Assembly: GCA_965237905.1 (NCBI GenBank) | Contig: OZ250172.1 | Location: 2,528,001-2,592,000 of the forward strand | Origin: Nitrospinaceae bacterium | GTDB lineage: Bacteria > Nitrospinota > Nitrospinia > Nitrospinales > Nitrospinaceae | Length of the DNA: 64,000 nt | Direction: 5' to 3' | Part shown: positions 20,516 through 30,277 of the stretch, piece after piece | Layout of the letters: every line of letters begins with the position of its first letter | Position numbering within the stretch: position 1 is the first letter of the stretch | Position numbers and translations under genes: made by a program | Notes under the pieces: generated by a model | What the model was told of the DNA's origin: nothing | Databases searched by the model: none | Seen by the model: only the letters and a program-made list of their open reading frames with translations

Positions 20516-21886
20516 TTATTCGGAATCGGAGGGAGTATCGGTTTCGGCGTCTTCAGGGGAATTATCGGCAGTCTTGGTGGCGACCGCCTGTTGCTGTTCG
20601 GCAAGTTCCTGGGCTTTGCGCTCTGCTTCCAGTTCTTTTTCCTTTTCTTCCATGGCTTTTTTGCGGAGTTGCCATTCGATGATCATCTGCGGTTTGATTT
20701 TGATCGCTACAGGAATGTTAACCGTACTACAGGAGCGTACGCACACCCCGCAACCGGTACAGATATCTTTGTGAAATACCGGTTGCTGTTCTTTGTTCTG
20801 GGTGATGGCGCCGGGAATCGGGCAGTCGATGATGCACTGCTGGCAGAACGTATGGCCGTAGGCCTGGCATTTTTTCTTATCGAGGATGGCGTAGCCCATC
20901 TCCACGTCTGCCGGGCCGCCGGGCACGGGCAGTAACGCACCATCCGGACAGGCGGAAATGCACGGCAGGTCGTCGCACATCACGCACGGCACTTTCATGG
21001 GGTCAATATACGGCGTGTCCATGATGAGGAAGCCCATTTTCTTGGGTACCCGCTGGATGGCGTCCTTCGGGCAGGCGTGAATACATTTGTCGCATCGGGT
21101 GCAGGCCTGCAGAAACGCCCGCTCGGAGATGGCGCCCGGCGGCCTCAGCAGAGGAACGCGCTTGGTGATCTTATTGACGGTTTCGTTGACCTTGTCAATT
21201 TTGCCCTGGATGTTCTCCATCGTCGGCCTGGCGAACATATGAACCCCTTGCCGAATCAGGTTGCGCCGGCTCAATTCCTTGTCGTCGTCGCTCTCTTCCT
21301 CGGCAGGCTCGGCCGTTTCTTCGTCTACGGCTTCCATCGTTTCGCCGGATTCGGCCTTCGCTTTGACGGTCTTGGGCGGGGGTTCCTCTTCGTGGAGTTT
21401 CGGGAAGAAAAATTCGTAAGACCGGCGGAAGATGTTTCGTTTCGGTTTTTCTTGTTCCTCCGTTTCTTCTGTCGCTTCTTCTGCCGATTCTTCGGGTGCC
21501 GTGTCGGTGCTGGGTTCCAGTTCTGCACCGGTCTCAACGCCTTCTTCGCTCTCTTCCTCTTCTTCCTTTAAATTGATTTTAATCTTGCGCTGTTTCTTTT
21601 TGAGCTTTTTGAGTTCATTGGCTTTTTCGTCCGACTCCTCGGCGTATTCTTTCAGCTTGGTGAGGCCGCCGAAAATACCTCTGCGGGAAAACTCCATGTC
21701 CTCGATGGGTTTTTTGAAGTTGGCTTTGAGTCGGTCGATGTCGACGAGGTGTTTATCAGCGGTGGTGTGGTCACCGCGCTGGTCGGGGCTGTTGGTGTCT
21801 TCGTTGGTCCGGATTTTGGGCGGCAGTTTCTTGCCCTTGAACCGGTCCTTGTCCAGCAGGTAGCGTAATGATTTATTTTTATCCAT
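20516..21886 (-). CDS. NapG/MauM/NapF-type polyferredoxin with long acidic N-terminal extension
   Basis: LRPPGA, CTRCDKCIHACP, CVMC...CISACP, C..C..DCP, CTGCGVCVRSC. Confidence 0.85.
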   Translation of the reverse strand: MDKNKSLRYLLDKDRFKGKKLPPKIRTNEDTNSPDQRGDHTTADKHLVDIDRLKANFKKPIEDMEFSRRGIFGGLTKLKEYAEESDEKANELKKLKKKQRKIKINLKEEEEESEEGVETGAELEPSTDTAPEESAEEATEETEEQEKPKRNIFRRSYEFFFPKLHEEEPPPKTVKAKAESGETMEAVDEETAEPAEEESDDDKELSRRNLIRQGVHMFARPTMENIQGKIDKVNETVNKITKRVPLLRPPGAISERAFLQACTRCDKCIHACPKDAIQRVPKKMGFLIMDTPYIDPMKVPCVMCDDLPCISACPDGALLPVPGGPADVEMGYAILDKKKCQAYGHTFCQQCIIDCPIPGAITQNKEQQPVFHKDICTGCGVCVRSCSTVNIPVAIKIKPQMIIEWQLRKKAMEEKEKELEAERKAQELAEQQQAVATKTADNSPEDAETDTPSDSE

Positions 21887-21937
21887 CTTGGGAATTCCCC
21901 GTAATGCGAGGGTGAGCCCTGATCATCCGAAGCGGGT

Positions 21938-22441
21938 TCAGTCTCTCGGGTCCCAGCGCATCTCCTGCGCGAGGTTTTTATAATCGTGCCAGTTCTGGGC
22001 GTCGGCGTTCTCCAGCATGTACTCGTCGGTGGCCAGCACCAGGGGGTGCCCCTTGTTCACAAACGACTGGACGCTGGGAAATCGGAGCAGGAATATGGCA
22101 ACGGCCACACGTCCCAGGACTTGGATATCCGGATCTTCCATGATCTCTTTCAATATTTCATCCCCATTATCGGCGTTCACCTTTTGGAATAGCTCTTCGG
22201 TTTTTTGTTCGAGTTCTGGATTGGTGTCGCAGACTTTTGCGGCCTCCAACTGCAATTCGAGAATGCGGTTGTAATCCTCTTCGTCGAATTCGCCGTCCAT
22301 CTTGCCTTCTTCCCAGCCAGAGCCGTCCAGCTTCCGGTCATTGGGCTCGTCTTTACGTTCGGCGGTTTCACTAAATGTCAAGTTTGCTTCATCCAGGATG
22401 ATTTTTACTTTGATTTCCGAGCTGTTTATTTGCTGTGACAT
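21938..22441 (-). CDS. Hypothetical acidic protein
   Basis: ORF from ATG 22441 (MSQQINS), GGAG upstream; co-oriented with the ferredoxin gene. Confidence 0.65.
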   Translation of the reverse strand: MSQQINSSEIKVKIILDEANLTFSETAERKDEPNDRKLDGSGWEEGKMDGEFDEEDYNRILELQLEAAKVCDTNPELEQKTEELFQKVNADNGDEILKEIMEDPDIQVLGRVAVAIFLLRFPSVQSFVNKGHPLVLATDEYMLENADAQNWHDYKNLAQEMRWDPRD

Positions 22442-22799
22442 GGGTATTCTCTTGCTCCCTATACCGTTCAAAATCCGGATGTATCTGGAGAGGGGCGCTT
22501 CCACTGCCTGCCCAGAGCCGGATATGGGTTTAAAAAAATTCATTATAAAGATGGCCACATACTATCACAATCCAGAGCCGTCTCAGCAGAAATCCAGGGG
22601 ATCGGTTTGATTTTTCTGTCCTAATTCCCGATTTTTACAATCCGGGCCAGCGGGCAGAAAATCCTGATTTTGGTTTTCACCCCCCTTGATTTTCCAGACA
22701 TTATGATACCATAGGGGCCCAAAAGCAAGGAGCCTATTGAATGGCGGTGTCTCCCTGAGCTTGTCGACGCATGACAATCAGGGTGCGAGGATATCTATT

Positions 22800-24623
22800 A
22801 TGAAAAAAGTGATGCTGATTTTTCCACCGGAGTGGGTGCCCACCGCACCGTATCTGGCCCTGCCCAGCCTGACAGCGGTCCTGCGCCAGAACGGCATAGA
22901 AGTAGTGCAGAAGGACATCAGCGTCGAGGCGTTCGATCATTACTTCACCAAGGAGTTCATCGAATTCATTGGCACCCGCATCCAGAGCCGCCTCAAGGAA
23001 CTGCGCGTCAAAAAGCGGGAGAAGGGCCTCAACAAGGAAGATAGACAGCTCAAGGATATGCTGACCCAGTACACCTATGCGGACCTGCCGTACCACATCG
23101 AAAAGGTCCGGCGCGGCAAGGAGATCGTCCGCTCGCAGGAATTTTACGAGGTCGACAAGCTGGAGTGGGCGCTCAACGCCTTCCGCGAAGTGATGGAGTT
23201 CGTCTCCGCCGCTTACTTCCCGGCCGCCATCAATTTCTATCCAGTCGAAAGTAATCTCAACAAGTACCGGCCGTGGGTGTCGGAGGATTTGTTCGAGGCG
23301 CCCAAGGATGAAAACGTCAACATCTACATCGACCTGTGCAGGCAACTGGTGTTCCCCGCTATCGAAAAGGACAAGCCGGAGGTCATCGGTATTTCCATCG
23401 GCACACCGGTACAGCTCATGTCCGCAATGACGTTCTGCCAGATGATCCGCGAACAGTACCCGGACATCCACATCACCGTCGGCGGCAACATCACTACGCG
23501 CCTCAAGGACGAGATCAGCAAAAATAAGAAATTTTTCGAGAAGGCGTTCCATTCCATGATCTCTTACGAGGGCGAGCACGCCATGGTGGAGCTGGTGCAG
23601 GCCCTGGATCAGGACAAGCCTCTATCTGAGGTCTCCAACTTGATCTGGATGGACGACACAGGCACCGTGCAGGTCAACGAAAAGCTGTACACCGAGCGGG
23701 TGAACGAACTGCCGATCCCGGATTTTGACGGCCTTCCGTGGGACAAATATTTTGTGCCGGAGAAAATCGTGCCGTACCTGGGCACGCGCGGGTGCTACTG
23801 GGGCAAGTGCACGTTCTGCGATCACGGTGCAGGGTACATCGATCAATTTCGCGCCAAACATGCCGATCAAATTCTCGACGAATTAAAGCAGATCAAGGAA
23901 AAATACAACGCCAAGCATATTCTGTTCACCGATGAATCGTTTCCGCCCGCCCTGTTCATCAAACTGCCGCCGATGATGATCGAGGCCAACCTTGATATTT
24001 ACTGGACGACGCTGATCCGTTTCGAGTCGTTGCTCATCGAGCCGGAGGTGTGGGACCTCGCCGCCCAGTCCGGGTGCCGATCGCTTTATTTCGGGTTGGA
24101 GTCAGCCAACGAGCGCATCATCAAGCTAGTGCAGAAGGACACCAAGATCGACGTCGCCATCAAGAATCTCAACGAAGCCAAACGGGTGGGGATCTGGAGC
24201 CACGTCATGGGATTCTTCGGGTTCCCCAGCGAAACCCAGGCGGAAGCGGAAGATACGCGGCGCTTCCTGCTCGATCACAACGACATCATTCATTCGGTGG
24301 AAATGTATTTCTTCGTGCTCTATAAAAACGCGCCGGTGTGGAACATGATGGAGGAAACGAAAATCAAAGTGCAGGAAAACCCGGAACACGACCTGGCCCT
24401 CGATTATTACTACACGCCGGAGTCGGGCCTCACCATCCCCGAAGCGATGGAACGCTACCAGAATTTCTACCGCGACGATTTCGATCCGTGGGCCCTGCGC
24501 GTCAACGCCCGCGAGCATGTGTATTTGTACATCACCCATTTCGGCACCAATAACTTGCCGCAACTCTACGTCAAGAACCACCCCGAATCCCAACACGAAC
24601 ACGCTTTCGAAGCCATGAAATAG
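22800..24623 (+). CDS. B12-binding radical SAM protein
   Basis: LIFPP.W....PYL, VGGN, TRGCYWGKCTFC (CxxxCxxC), FTDE, GLES, GFPSET. Confidence 0.92.
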   Translation: MKKVMLIFPPEWVPTAPYLALPSLTAVLRQNGIEVVQKDISVEAFDHYFTKEFIEFIGTRIQSRLKELRVKKREKGLNKEDRQLKDMLTQYTYADLPYHIEKVRRGKEIVRSQEFYEVDKLEWALNAFREVMEFVSAAYFPAAINFYPVESNLNKYRPWVSEDLFEAPKDENVNIYIDLCRQLVFPAIEKDKPEVIGISIGTPVQLMSAMTFCQMIREQYPDIHITVGGNITTRLKDEISKNKKFFEKAFHSMISYEGEHAMVELVQALDQDKPLSEVSNLIWMDDTGTVQVNEKLYTERVNELPIPDFDGLPWDKYFVPEKIVPYLGTRGCYWGKCTFCDHGAGYIDQFRAKHADQILDELKQIKEKYNAKHILFTDESFPPALFIKLPPMMIEANLDIYWTTLIRFESLLIEPEVWDLAAQSGCRSLYFGLESANERIIKLVQKDTKIDVAIKNLNEAKRVGIWSHVMGFFGFPSETQAEAEDTRRFLLDHNDIIHSVEMYFFVLYKNAPVWNMMEETKIKVQENPEHDLALDYYYTPESGLTIPEAMERYQNFYRDDFDPWALRVNAREHVYLYITHFGTNNLPQLYVKNHPESQHEHAFEAMK

Positions 24624-24641
24624 GCGGCCAGCCGCCGCCGG

Positions 24642-24723
24642 CCAGCGTGACGCTGGACCCAACCGGGCAACGCCCGGAGGAAATTTTGCTGACCGTTTAC
24701 AGCAAGCGATAGTCCCTGGGCGC
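24642..24723 (+). repeat. CCAGCGTGACGCTGG double-hairpin repeat family
   Basis: Related copies at ~1900-1935 (+), ~6345-6390 (+) and ~17432-17508 (-). Confidence 0.7.
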
Positions 24724-24977
24724 AAGCGGGTAGTCCCCGTTGGCAATTTCGCTGGTACGGGGACGCCCGGTCCAAAAGTTGTTTCAGCCATCCACCGTTT
24801 CCCTTGATTTCTATATAAAAATCAGTGGATTGCCAAAGGGCCTCTTTTAAAGGGGTTGCCAGTTAGAATCCGACCTGTTAGCCTAAGTTATTGAGATATA
24901 GAATATTCTGGCCGGACCTCGGCATGGGCTTGGTGTGAAAAAGGGTCTTTGTGGAGCGGTTGGGGATGATTTTCCTG

Positions 24978-25835
24978 AGAGAATCTATGAGTACAAAAAA
25001 TGCAGTTTTGGATGAAATGGTCAGCGGCTGGATTGGTTCGCCTCCGCTCGTTTTTCATAAACTGCAGGAAGCCCTGAACGATCCGGATTTGTCCTTTAAG
25101 GAGTTTGATGCCATCATCAGCGGCGATCCCAGCCTGACGGCCCGCCTTTTGAAAGTCGCGAACAGCTCCTTTTTCGGTCTGGATACCAAGGTCGAAACCA
25201 TTTCCCATGCGTTGGGCATCGTCGGGGTCAAACCGTTGATCGAAATGGCCCTGTCCACGGTCATGGTGCAGAAGTTGAAAGGCATCTCCCCGGATATGCT
25301 CGACATCCAATCCTTCTGGAAACACAATGTTGCCTGCGGTCTGGCGGCGCGAACGATTGCCCAAGGCCTGGGCAAGGATAATTTGGAAGCCTTTTATACG
25401 GCGGGAATGTTGCACGACATTGGGTCCCTGATCATTTATCAGGGAAGTCCCAAAAAGGCCCGGGAAATTTTGACCCGGTGCCGATCCGAAGGATTACTTC
25501 AAAGCGATGTGGAGGAAGAGGTGTTCGGGTTCAGCCATGCCCGGGTCGGCGCGCTGATCTTCAAGGAATGGAGCCTTGCCCCCAGTCTGGTCGAAGCCGT
25601 GCTCTACCATCACAATCCCTCCCAGGCGGAAAACTTTCCGCTGGAAACGGCAGTCCTCCATGTCGCGGATTTTCTGGTCTACCAGATGAAATATAATCTC
25701 GGGGAGGGTTATGCCATTCACCCCTTGGATCCCAGCGTGGTCCAGTTGACGGGTGTGACGAAGGATTCCCTGGACTATATCCGCCAGGCCGTGCATGCCC
25801 AAATGGTGGAAACCCTCGACATCTTCACCAAATAA
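24978..25835 (+). CDS. HDOD domain protein
   Basis: DPSLTARLLKVANS, FWKH, AGMLHDIG, HARVGA...W, YHHNP; start uncertain (24951-24987). Confidence 0.92.
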   Translation, partial: RESMSTKNAVLDEMVSGWIGSPPLVFHKLQEALNDPDLSFKEFDAIISGDPSLTARLLKVANSSFFGLDTKVETISHALGIVGVKPLIEMALSTVMVQKLKGISPDMLDIQSFWKHNVACGLAARTIAQGLGKDNLEAFYTAGMLHDIGSLIIYQGSPKKAREILTRCRSEGLLQSDVEEEVFGFSHARVGALIFKEWSLAPSLVEAVLYHHNPSQAENFPLETAVLHVADFLVYQMKYNLGEGYAIHPLDPSVVQLTGVTKDSLDYIRQAVHAQMVETLDIFTK

Positions 25836-25848
25836 AACTCCTTGCCTC

Positions 25849-25930
25849 TCGGCACCACCCTCTGCCGTAACTTGACGTCACAAGCCACCCCGAATCCCAA
25901 CACGAACACGCCTTCGAAGTCATGATGTAG
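25849..25930 (+). pseudogene. Decayed duplicate of the radical SAM gene's 3' end (24541-24623)
   Basis: 27-bp identical core CCACCCCGAATCCCAACACGAACACGC with matching flanks through the TAG. Confidence 0.9.
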
Positions 25931-25967
25931 CCCACAACGTGGGCGGATAATTTGCTGATACGTAAAA

Positions 25968-28900
25968 TTATTTAGAATCTTGGCTAAAGAAGAGCCTTCG
26001 AAGCTGTGAGTCCATGTCTCGCCTTTGCCAAACTCTATCAAGTATTGACCATATGAATCTATCCTCAGAGACACGCTTTGCAAGGTCGATAGAGGCTTTA
26101 AGGATTGATTCCTTTATGGTAATTTCAGGGAGAATGCATAAGATAGCCCATGCCAAACTACCGCCGAATATGTATTCATCCTTCCATTCTTGAAGTGTTT
26201 TTTCAAAAAGAATTTCCGCTTCCTCAGAGGAACTTTGGAAATACTCTTCGGCTATTTCTGGTAGTCTCCATTCAATTGGATTTCCATAGTGAGGGCCTAG
26301 ACCCTTCTCGAGATGAACTCTAAGGTCGCCAACATCGAATCTTAAACTGAGCCCTGCGCTAATTGCAGCCTTGATTAAGCTGGCATCGGGATGACCGGAT
26401 GATTCCCAGAAGATAAGGGCTTCGTTAAGCAAATCACAAGATGCCTCAGACCCGACCTTCGCAACCGTCTCGGCTGCCACTGATGGCCCGCCCCAAAACT
26501 TGGGATCAGGATCGAATATAAGTGCCTTGAAAGCGACTAATTCGTCATCAATTAGGGTGAATGCGGTGAGGGCACTCGCTGCATCACGCCTATCAAAGTA
26601 GTCAGCGTTCTTGTCTTGTAAAATTGAAAAAAGGAAGTGTTTTGCTATCAAATCATGAGGGCCTAGATGTTTGGCGGCTTCAATTTGGCAATCGACTGGG
26701 AGGTCGCTGGTGAGAAAATTTCGTAACAAAGCCGGAATCTCAGGGACATCTATTGAGCCAAGTGCAGTAACCACACCGGCCTTTTCAAAATCATTTAAAA
26801 TGTCCTCATGAAGTAGTCTTTTTAGACTTGGGATGGCAGCTTCTTCCCCAATTTTGGCTAAAAGGTGAGCAGCATCCCTCCTAATGTGGCGGATACCTGG
26901 ATCATAACCAAGTTCTTTTTCGTTTGGCCAATCGCATCTTAAAATTAAGGCTTCAAGGTTTTCGATTGCTTTTTTACGCGGTAGCCATTCAAAGTTTGCA
27001 AGCAAATCCTCGTCGTCTCCATGTTTCACAAGTTCTTCTATTACAGTATTAATCTTATCCTCACCAAGTATTTTTACAATGTATTTTCGAGCAGGACCAT
27101 TAGGTCTTGAGCTTTTTGATTCGGAATATATCATTGGGGTGAGTAAAGCGATCACTTCAGGATGATCGATTTGGGACATTATGTGAATGGCCTTTTCCGA
27201 AAGGTAATTGATATTTTCATTTGACAAAATTTCCAAACGTTTTAGAAATTTCTGCCTTATATCAGGGTCTGCGATGGTGGCTCCCGTAGCTAAGCAATTA
27301 GCAACTATAAAAAGTGATGTGTGAAGGATATTTTCTTTGTCTGAAAGGAGTTCTTGGACGAAATCCGTAATATCACCAAGTTCAGCATAGAGGAGAATTG
27401 CTTCTTGCCAAAAGGCATCGTCTATAACCTGGGTGATACTTAGGTATGCATCATTTTGCGACCGAAGTGCTTTTGCAGCAAGAAAAGCTTGAAAGGATAA
27501 GTGTGGAAACGCAAAGTACTCGTCGATAGACCATGAGCGAATAAGGCCGTGTTGGTCTATTAACTCAATAAAAACTTCCTCAGGTGATACAGAAGACAAA
27601 CCGGCAGAGGACATGTGCTTGCTCAGCACGTGAAGCGCCTCAACACGAGTAAAGACTCCTCGACGTTGTTCGTGAAATGCAAGAGCCAATTCAGATAGAA
27701 GGAAGATTGCATTTTCGGTGGTAAGCCCAGGTACTGGAATGCGACGGCTAATTCTTCTAGTCTCGTTCCACTCCTCCAACATTATTTCAATGAATCGTTC
27801 ATATAATTCCGACATCTTGGAGGGAAACTCCCCCCGACGCAGAAAAACGATACAGGTCAAGGTAAGCAGAAGAGGGTTAGTAGCGAAACTTGGCCATCCT
27901 CGTCTACGCAAAGCATCTATCAAAGCATCGGCCTTAATTGGGTATTCAGACAACCATCTGTCTATAAACGTGCGGACGTCTGAAAGCGGTAATGGCCTAA
28001 CAATGAATTCTTTTAATAATTGTGGCAACAAAGGACGGCAAGTTTGCCATGATTCTCGCCTAGCGCTTACGACAACGGTGTTTTCTGTATGTCGTTCTAG
28101 AATTTCAGTTAGATTAGAGCTTATTTTTCTAATAATCGATCGAGCTACCATCGGGTCTGGGTTGTCAAGTTCATCTATTCCGTCTAGGCAAAGAAGCAGT
28201 CTTCCTTCAGAAAGTAATGCGTCCAATAGATATCCAGGCGATTCCGTGACACTATAACTCCCAATTTGGTGTGAGATCATTTCCTTGAGGTTGTAGTCTA
28301 GAGCGACCATTTTTGCGACCGAGATATAAACCGGAAACCATTGGGAGTCCCCGTAGCAATTTTCTAGGCATAAATGACGCAACATTGATGTCTTCCCTAC
28401 GCCTGGATCACCGATTAAAGCAATAGCAGTATTATTTCTAAGAAGGCTTGGGAGGGAAAATGCTTGGCAATTCTGCAGTAAATTTTTTTCCAAAGAATTT
28501 GGATGGGTACTTTTGTCCATTTCCTTTGAAATAGATTTTGAAAGTATAGAATCTGCCTCGGTTACGCTGATGGGCACGTAATGTTTTTCAAAGTTGAAAA
28601 TAGTTGGTAGATCGAGGGCCTTGTATGAGCGAAGATCTGTTAGCAATCTAGCAAGATACTTACTTTCCGCCTCCCGCCGAAGTTCATCAAGATCAAACTT
28701 TTTAATTTCATGTTTTTCACAAAAAGAAATTATATGGTTGGAAGATAAAATATCTTTAAGAGTCGAAAATTCACTAAAACTAAGCTTGTCTAACTCATAT
28801 TGTCCAATAAGCGAAGGTTCTCGAAAGTTTTGAACTTGCCATACTTCAAATGTCAATTCGCTCCAGGCGATATAAAACGGTGTAAATAAATTGGTTGAAT

Positions 28901-29189
28901 AAAAACGGGCTTGAAGTTCGGGAGGAAACTTGTCGTCCCGCTTTGCCTCGACTACAAACAAGCTTGTTTTTAAGTTGTGTTCTTTGTTAGCAAAAAATAC
29001 GCAGTCTCCTTCTGGGTTACGGCCTGGACGGCCAGGCCTATAGCCCGATACTGGGAATTTGATTTCGTAAGAATCATTCTTGTATCCAAGTAGCTCGAAA
29101 AAAGGTATGACGACCTTTACAATGAGGTCGTCTTCAGAACCGAAATTGGTATGCGCCAGCTTACTAACCTTGTCAAAATCGTTAGGCAA
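25968..29189 (-). CDS. PD-(D/E)XK nuclease (HsdR_N-like)-NACHT NTPase-HEAT repeat protein; candidate anti-phage NLR-like protein
   Basis: SEDDLIVKVVIPFFELLGY...GDCVFF...VVEAKR; Walker A GDPGVGKT; Walker B LLCLDGIDE; NPLLL; F.HLSFQ.FLAA; HEAT-like IRRDAAHLLAKIG; AT-richer than flanks. Confidence 0.85.
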   Translation of the reverse strand: MPNDFDKVSKLAHTNFGSEDDLIVKVVIPFFELLGYKNDSYEIKFPVSGYRPGRPGRNPEGDCVFFANKEHNLKTSLFVVEAKRDDKFPPELQARFYSTNLFTPFYIAWSELTFEVWQVQNFREPSLIGQYELDKLSFSEFSTLKDILSSNHIISFCEKHEIKKFDLDELRREAESKYLARLLTDLRSYKALDLPTIFNFEKHYVPISVTEADSILSKSISKEMDKSTHPNSLEKNLLQNCQAFSLPSLLRNNTAIALIGDPGVGKTSMLRHLCLENCYGDSQWFPVYISVAKMVALDYNLKEMISHQIGSYSVTESPGYLLDALLSEGRLLLCLDGIDELDNPDPMVARSIIRKISSNLTEILERHTENTVVVSARRESWQTCRPLLPQLLKEFIVRPLPLSDVRTFIDRWLSEYPIKADALIDALRRRGWPSFATNPLLLTLTCIVFLRRGEFPSKMSELYERFIEIMLEEWNETRRISRRIPVPGLTTENAIFLLSELALAFHEQRRGVFTRVEALHVLSKHMSSAGLSSVSPEEVFIELIDQHGLIRSWSIDEYFAFPHLSFQAFLAAKALRSQNDAYLSITQVIDDAFWQEAILLYAELGDITDFVQELLSDKENILHTSLFIVANCLATGATIADPDIRQKFLKRLEILSNENINYLSEKAIHIMSQIDHPEVIALLTPMIYSESKSSRPNGPARKYIVKILGEDKINTVIEELVKHGDDEDLLANFEWLPRKKAIENLEALILRCDWPNEKELGYDPGIRHIRRDAAHLLAKIGEEAAIPSLKRLLHEDILNDFEKAGVVTALGSIDVPEIPALLRNFLTSDLPVDCQIEAAKHLGPHDLIAKHFLFSILQDKNADYFDRRDAASALTAFTLIDDELVAFKALIFDPDPKFWGGPSVAAETVAKVGSEASCDLLNEALIFWESSGHPDASLIKAAISAGLSLRFDVGDLRVHLEKGLGPHYGNPIEWRLPEIAEEYFQSSSEEAEILFEKTLQEWKDEYIFGGSLAWAILCILPEITIKESILKASIDLAKRVSEDRFIWSILDRVWQRRDMDSQLRRLFFSQDSK

Positions 29190-29354
29190 AGTTTAAATCC
29201 TTAATAGCGATGGGGTTTGGATGGTAAAAAGAATCAGAAAGAATCTTTGGTCACGTTCTTTATTCTTTTGAAATGCTCCTCTAAAGCCTTTCTAGTAGTA
29301 GTTTCCCCAAATTTAGCATAAAAATCTGTTGTAAAGGATAAAGACTCTGCTTGG

Positions 29355-29416
29355 CTACTTCTTTTCGGCGAGGAAGACGGTAACGTCGGGATGGACCCCG
29401 GTTTTCCGGACACATT
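29355..29416 (-). pseudogene. Decayed duplicate of the 3' end of the 30278-32134 gene
   Basis: 26-bp identical core TACTTCTTTTCGGCGAGGAAGACGGT; aligns to 30278-30338 including the stop codon, with one extra base. Confidence 0.9.
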
Positions 29417-29451
29417 GGCTGAAAAATTATAAATAAATCTAGTTTCGTCTC

Positions 29452-30117
29452 TTAATTTTTAGGAAAAAGGAAGGGTAATATCTTTCTAAATCCGCTTTTA
29501 GGTCGATACTTTATGTTTTCATGTATTGAAATGGATTTAAGTATCGAACGGCATACGGAAGCGAATTTTTTTGCGTCTTCTTCGAGAAAATAACAATGCA
29601 CTCCCACGATGCCGGTTTCTGTAGGATGTATATTTGAAATCCCTTTTACTGATCCCTGACCCTTTATTGTCATGTTTGCAAACAGCCAATAAGCATTAAT
29701 CTTTTCATCATATACCGCATTGCTCAAACGAGTAGAATTTTTTAAAACAAGCTCAGAAAAATCACTTTCGAGATCATCAATAAAGTCCTGGTTGAGTTTC
29801 ATACTCTTTGATTTTAATAATTCCTCTTCTGGAATCCGACCCGTTTGTTCCTTTTGAATCAATATATATGGGTAATCAATTTGATTTTGGTTTTGGTCTA
29901 ATTGATAAGCATCCACATAATTTACTTGCTTAGCCACTTCGCTCATTTGGCGCATTGCGTTTACGGTTAAATCAAGCAGTTCAGAAGAGACCTTTACCCA
30001 ATTATCAGGAGTTGAGAGCGAAATAGATGCCTCTTGGCTATCAAACCTTTTTTCGGCGCTGGAGGTTGCAGGAGATAAAATAAGAAGAAAAACGATATTC
30101 CAAATTACAATTCTCAT
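29452..30117 (-). CDS. Hypothetical secreted protein (AT-rich)
   Basis: Signal peptide ending SSA-E; start could be 30117 or 30126. Confidence 0.65.
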   Translation of the reverse strand: MRIVIWNIVFLLILSPATSSAEKRFDSQEASISLSTPDNWVKVSSELLDLTVNAMRQMSEVAKQVNYVDAYQLDQNQNQIDYPYILIQKEQTGRIPEEELLKSKSMKLNQDFIDDLESDFSELVLKNSTRLSNAVYDEKINAYWLFANMTIKGQGSVKGISNIHPTETGIVGVHCYFLEEDAKKFASVCRSILKSISIHENIKYRPKSGFRKILPFLFPKN

Positions 30118-30277
30118 CTTCCTCAAGCCTCCTTCTTATTATTTGAAGCAATACACTCACTATGAATCAACTTCCTATCGTAGCACAGGATGTTGACTTT
30201 TCGGTATCAGGGTAAGGGTTGGGCCGGGCGGTTTATAAGTTCCCGCAGCTCTGTTTCCTGTTTTATCTCTCCAGGGT

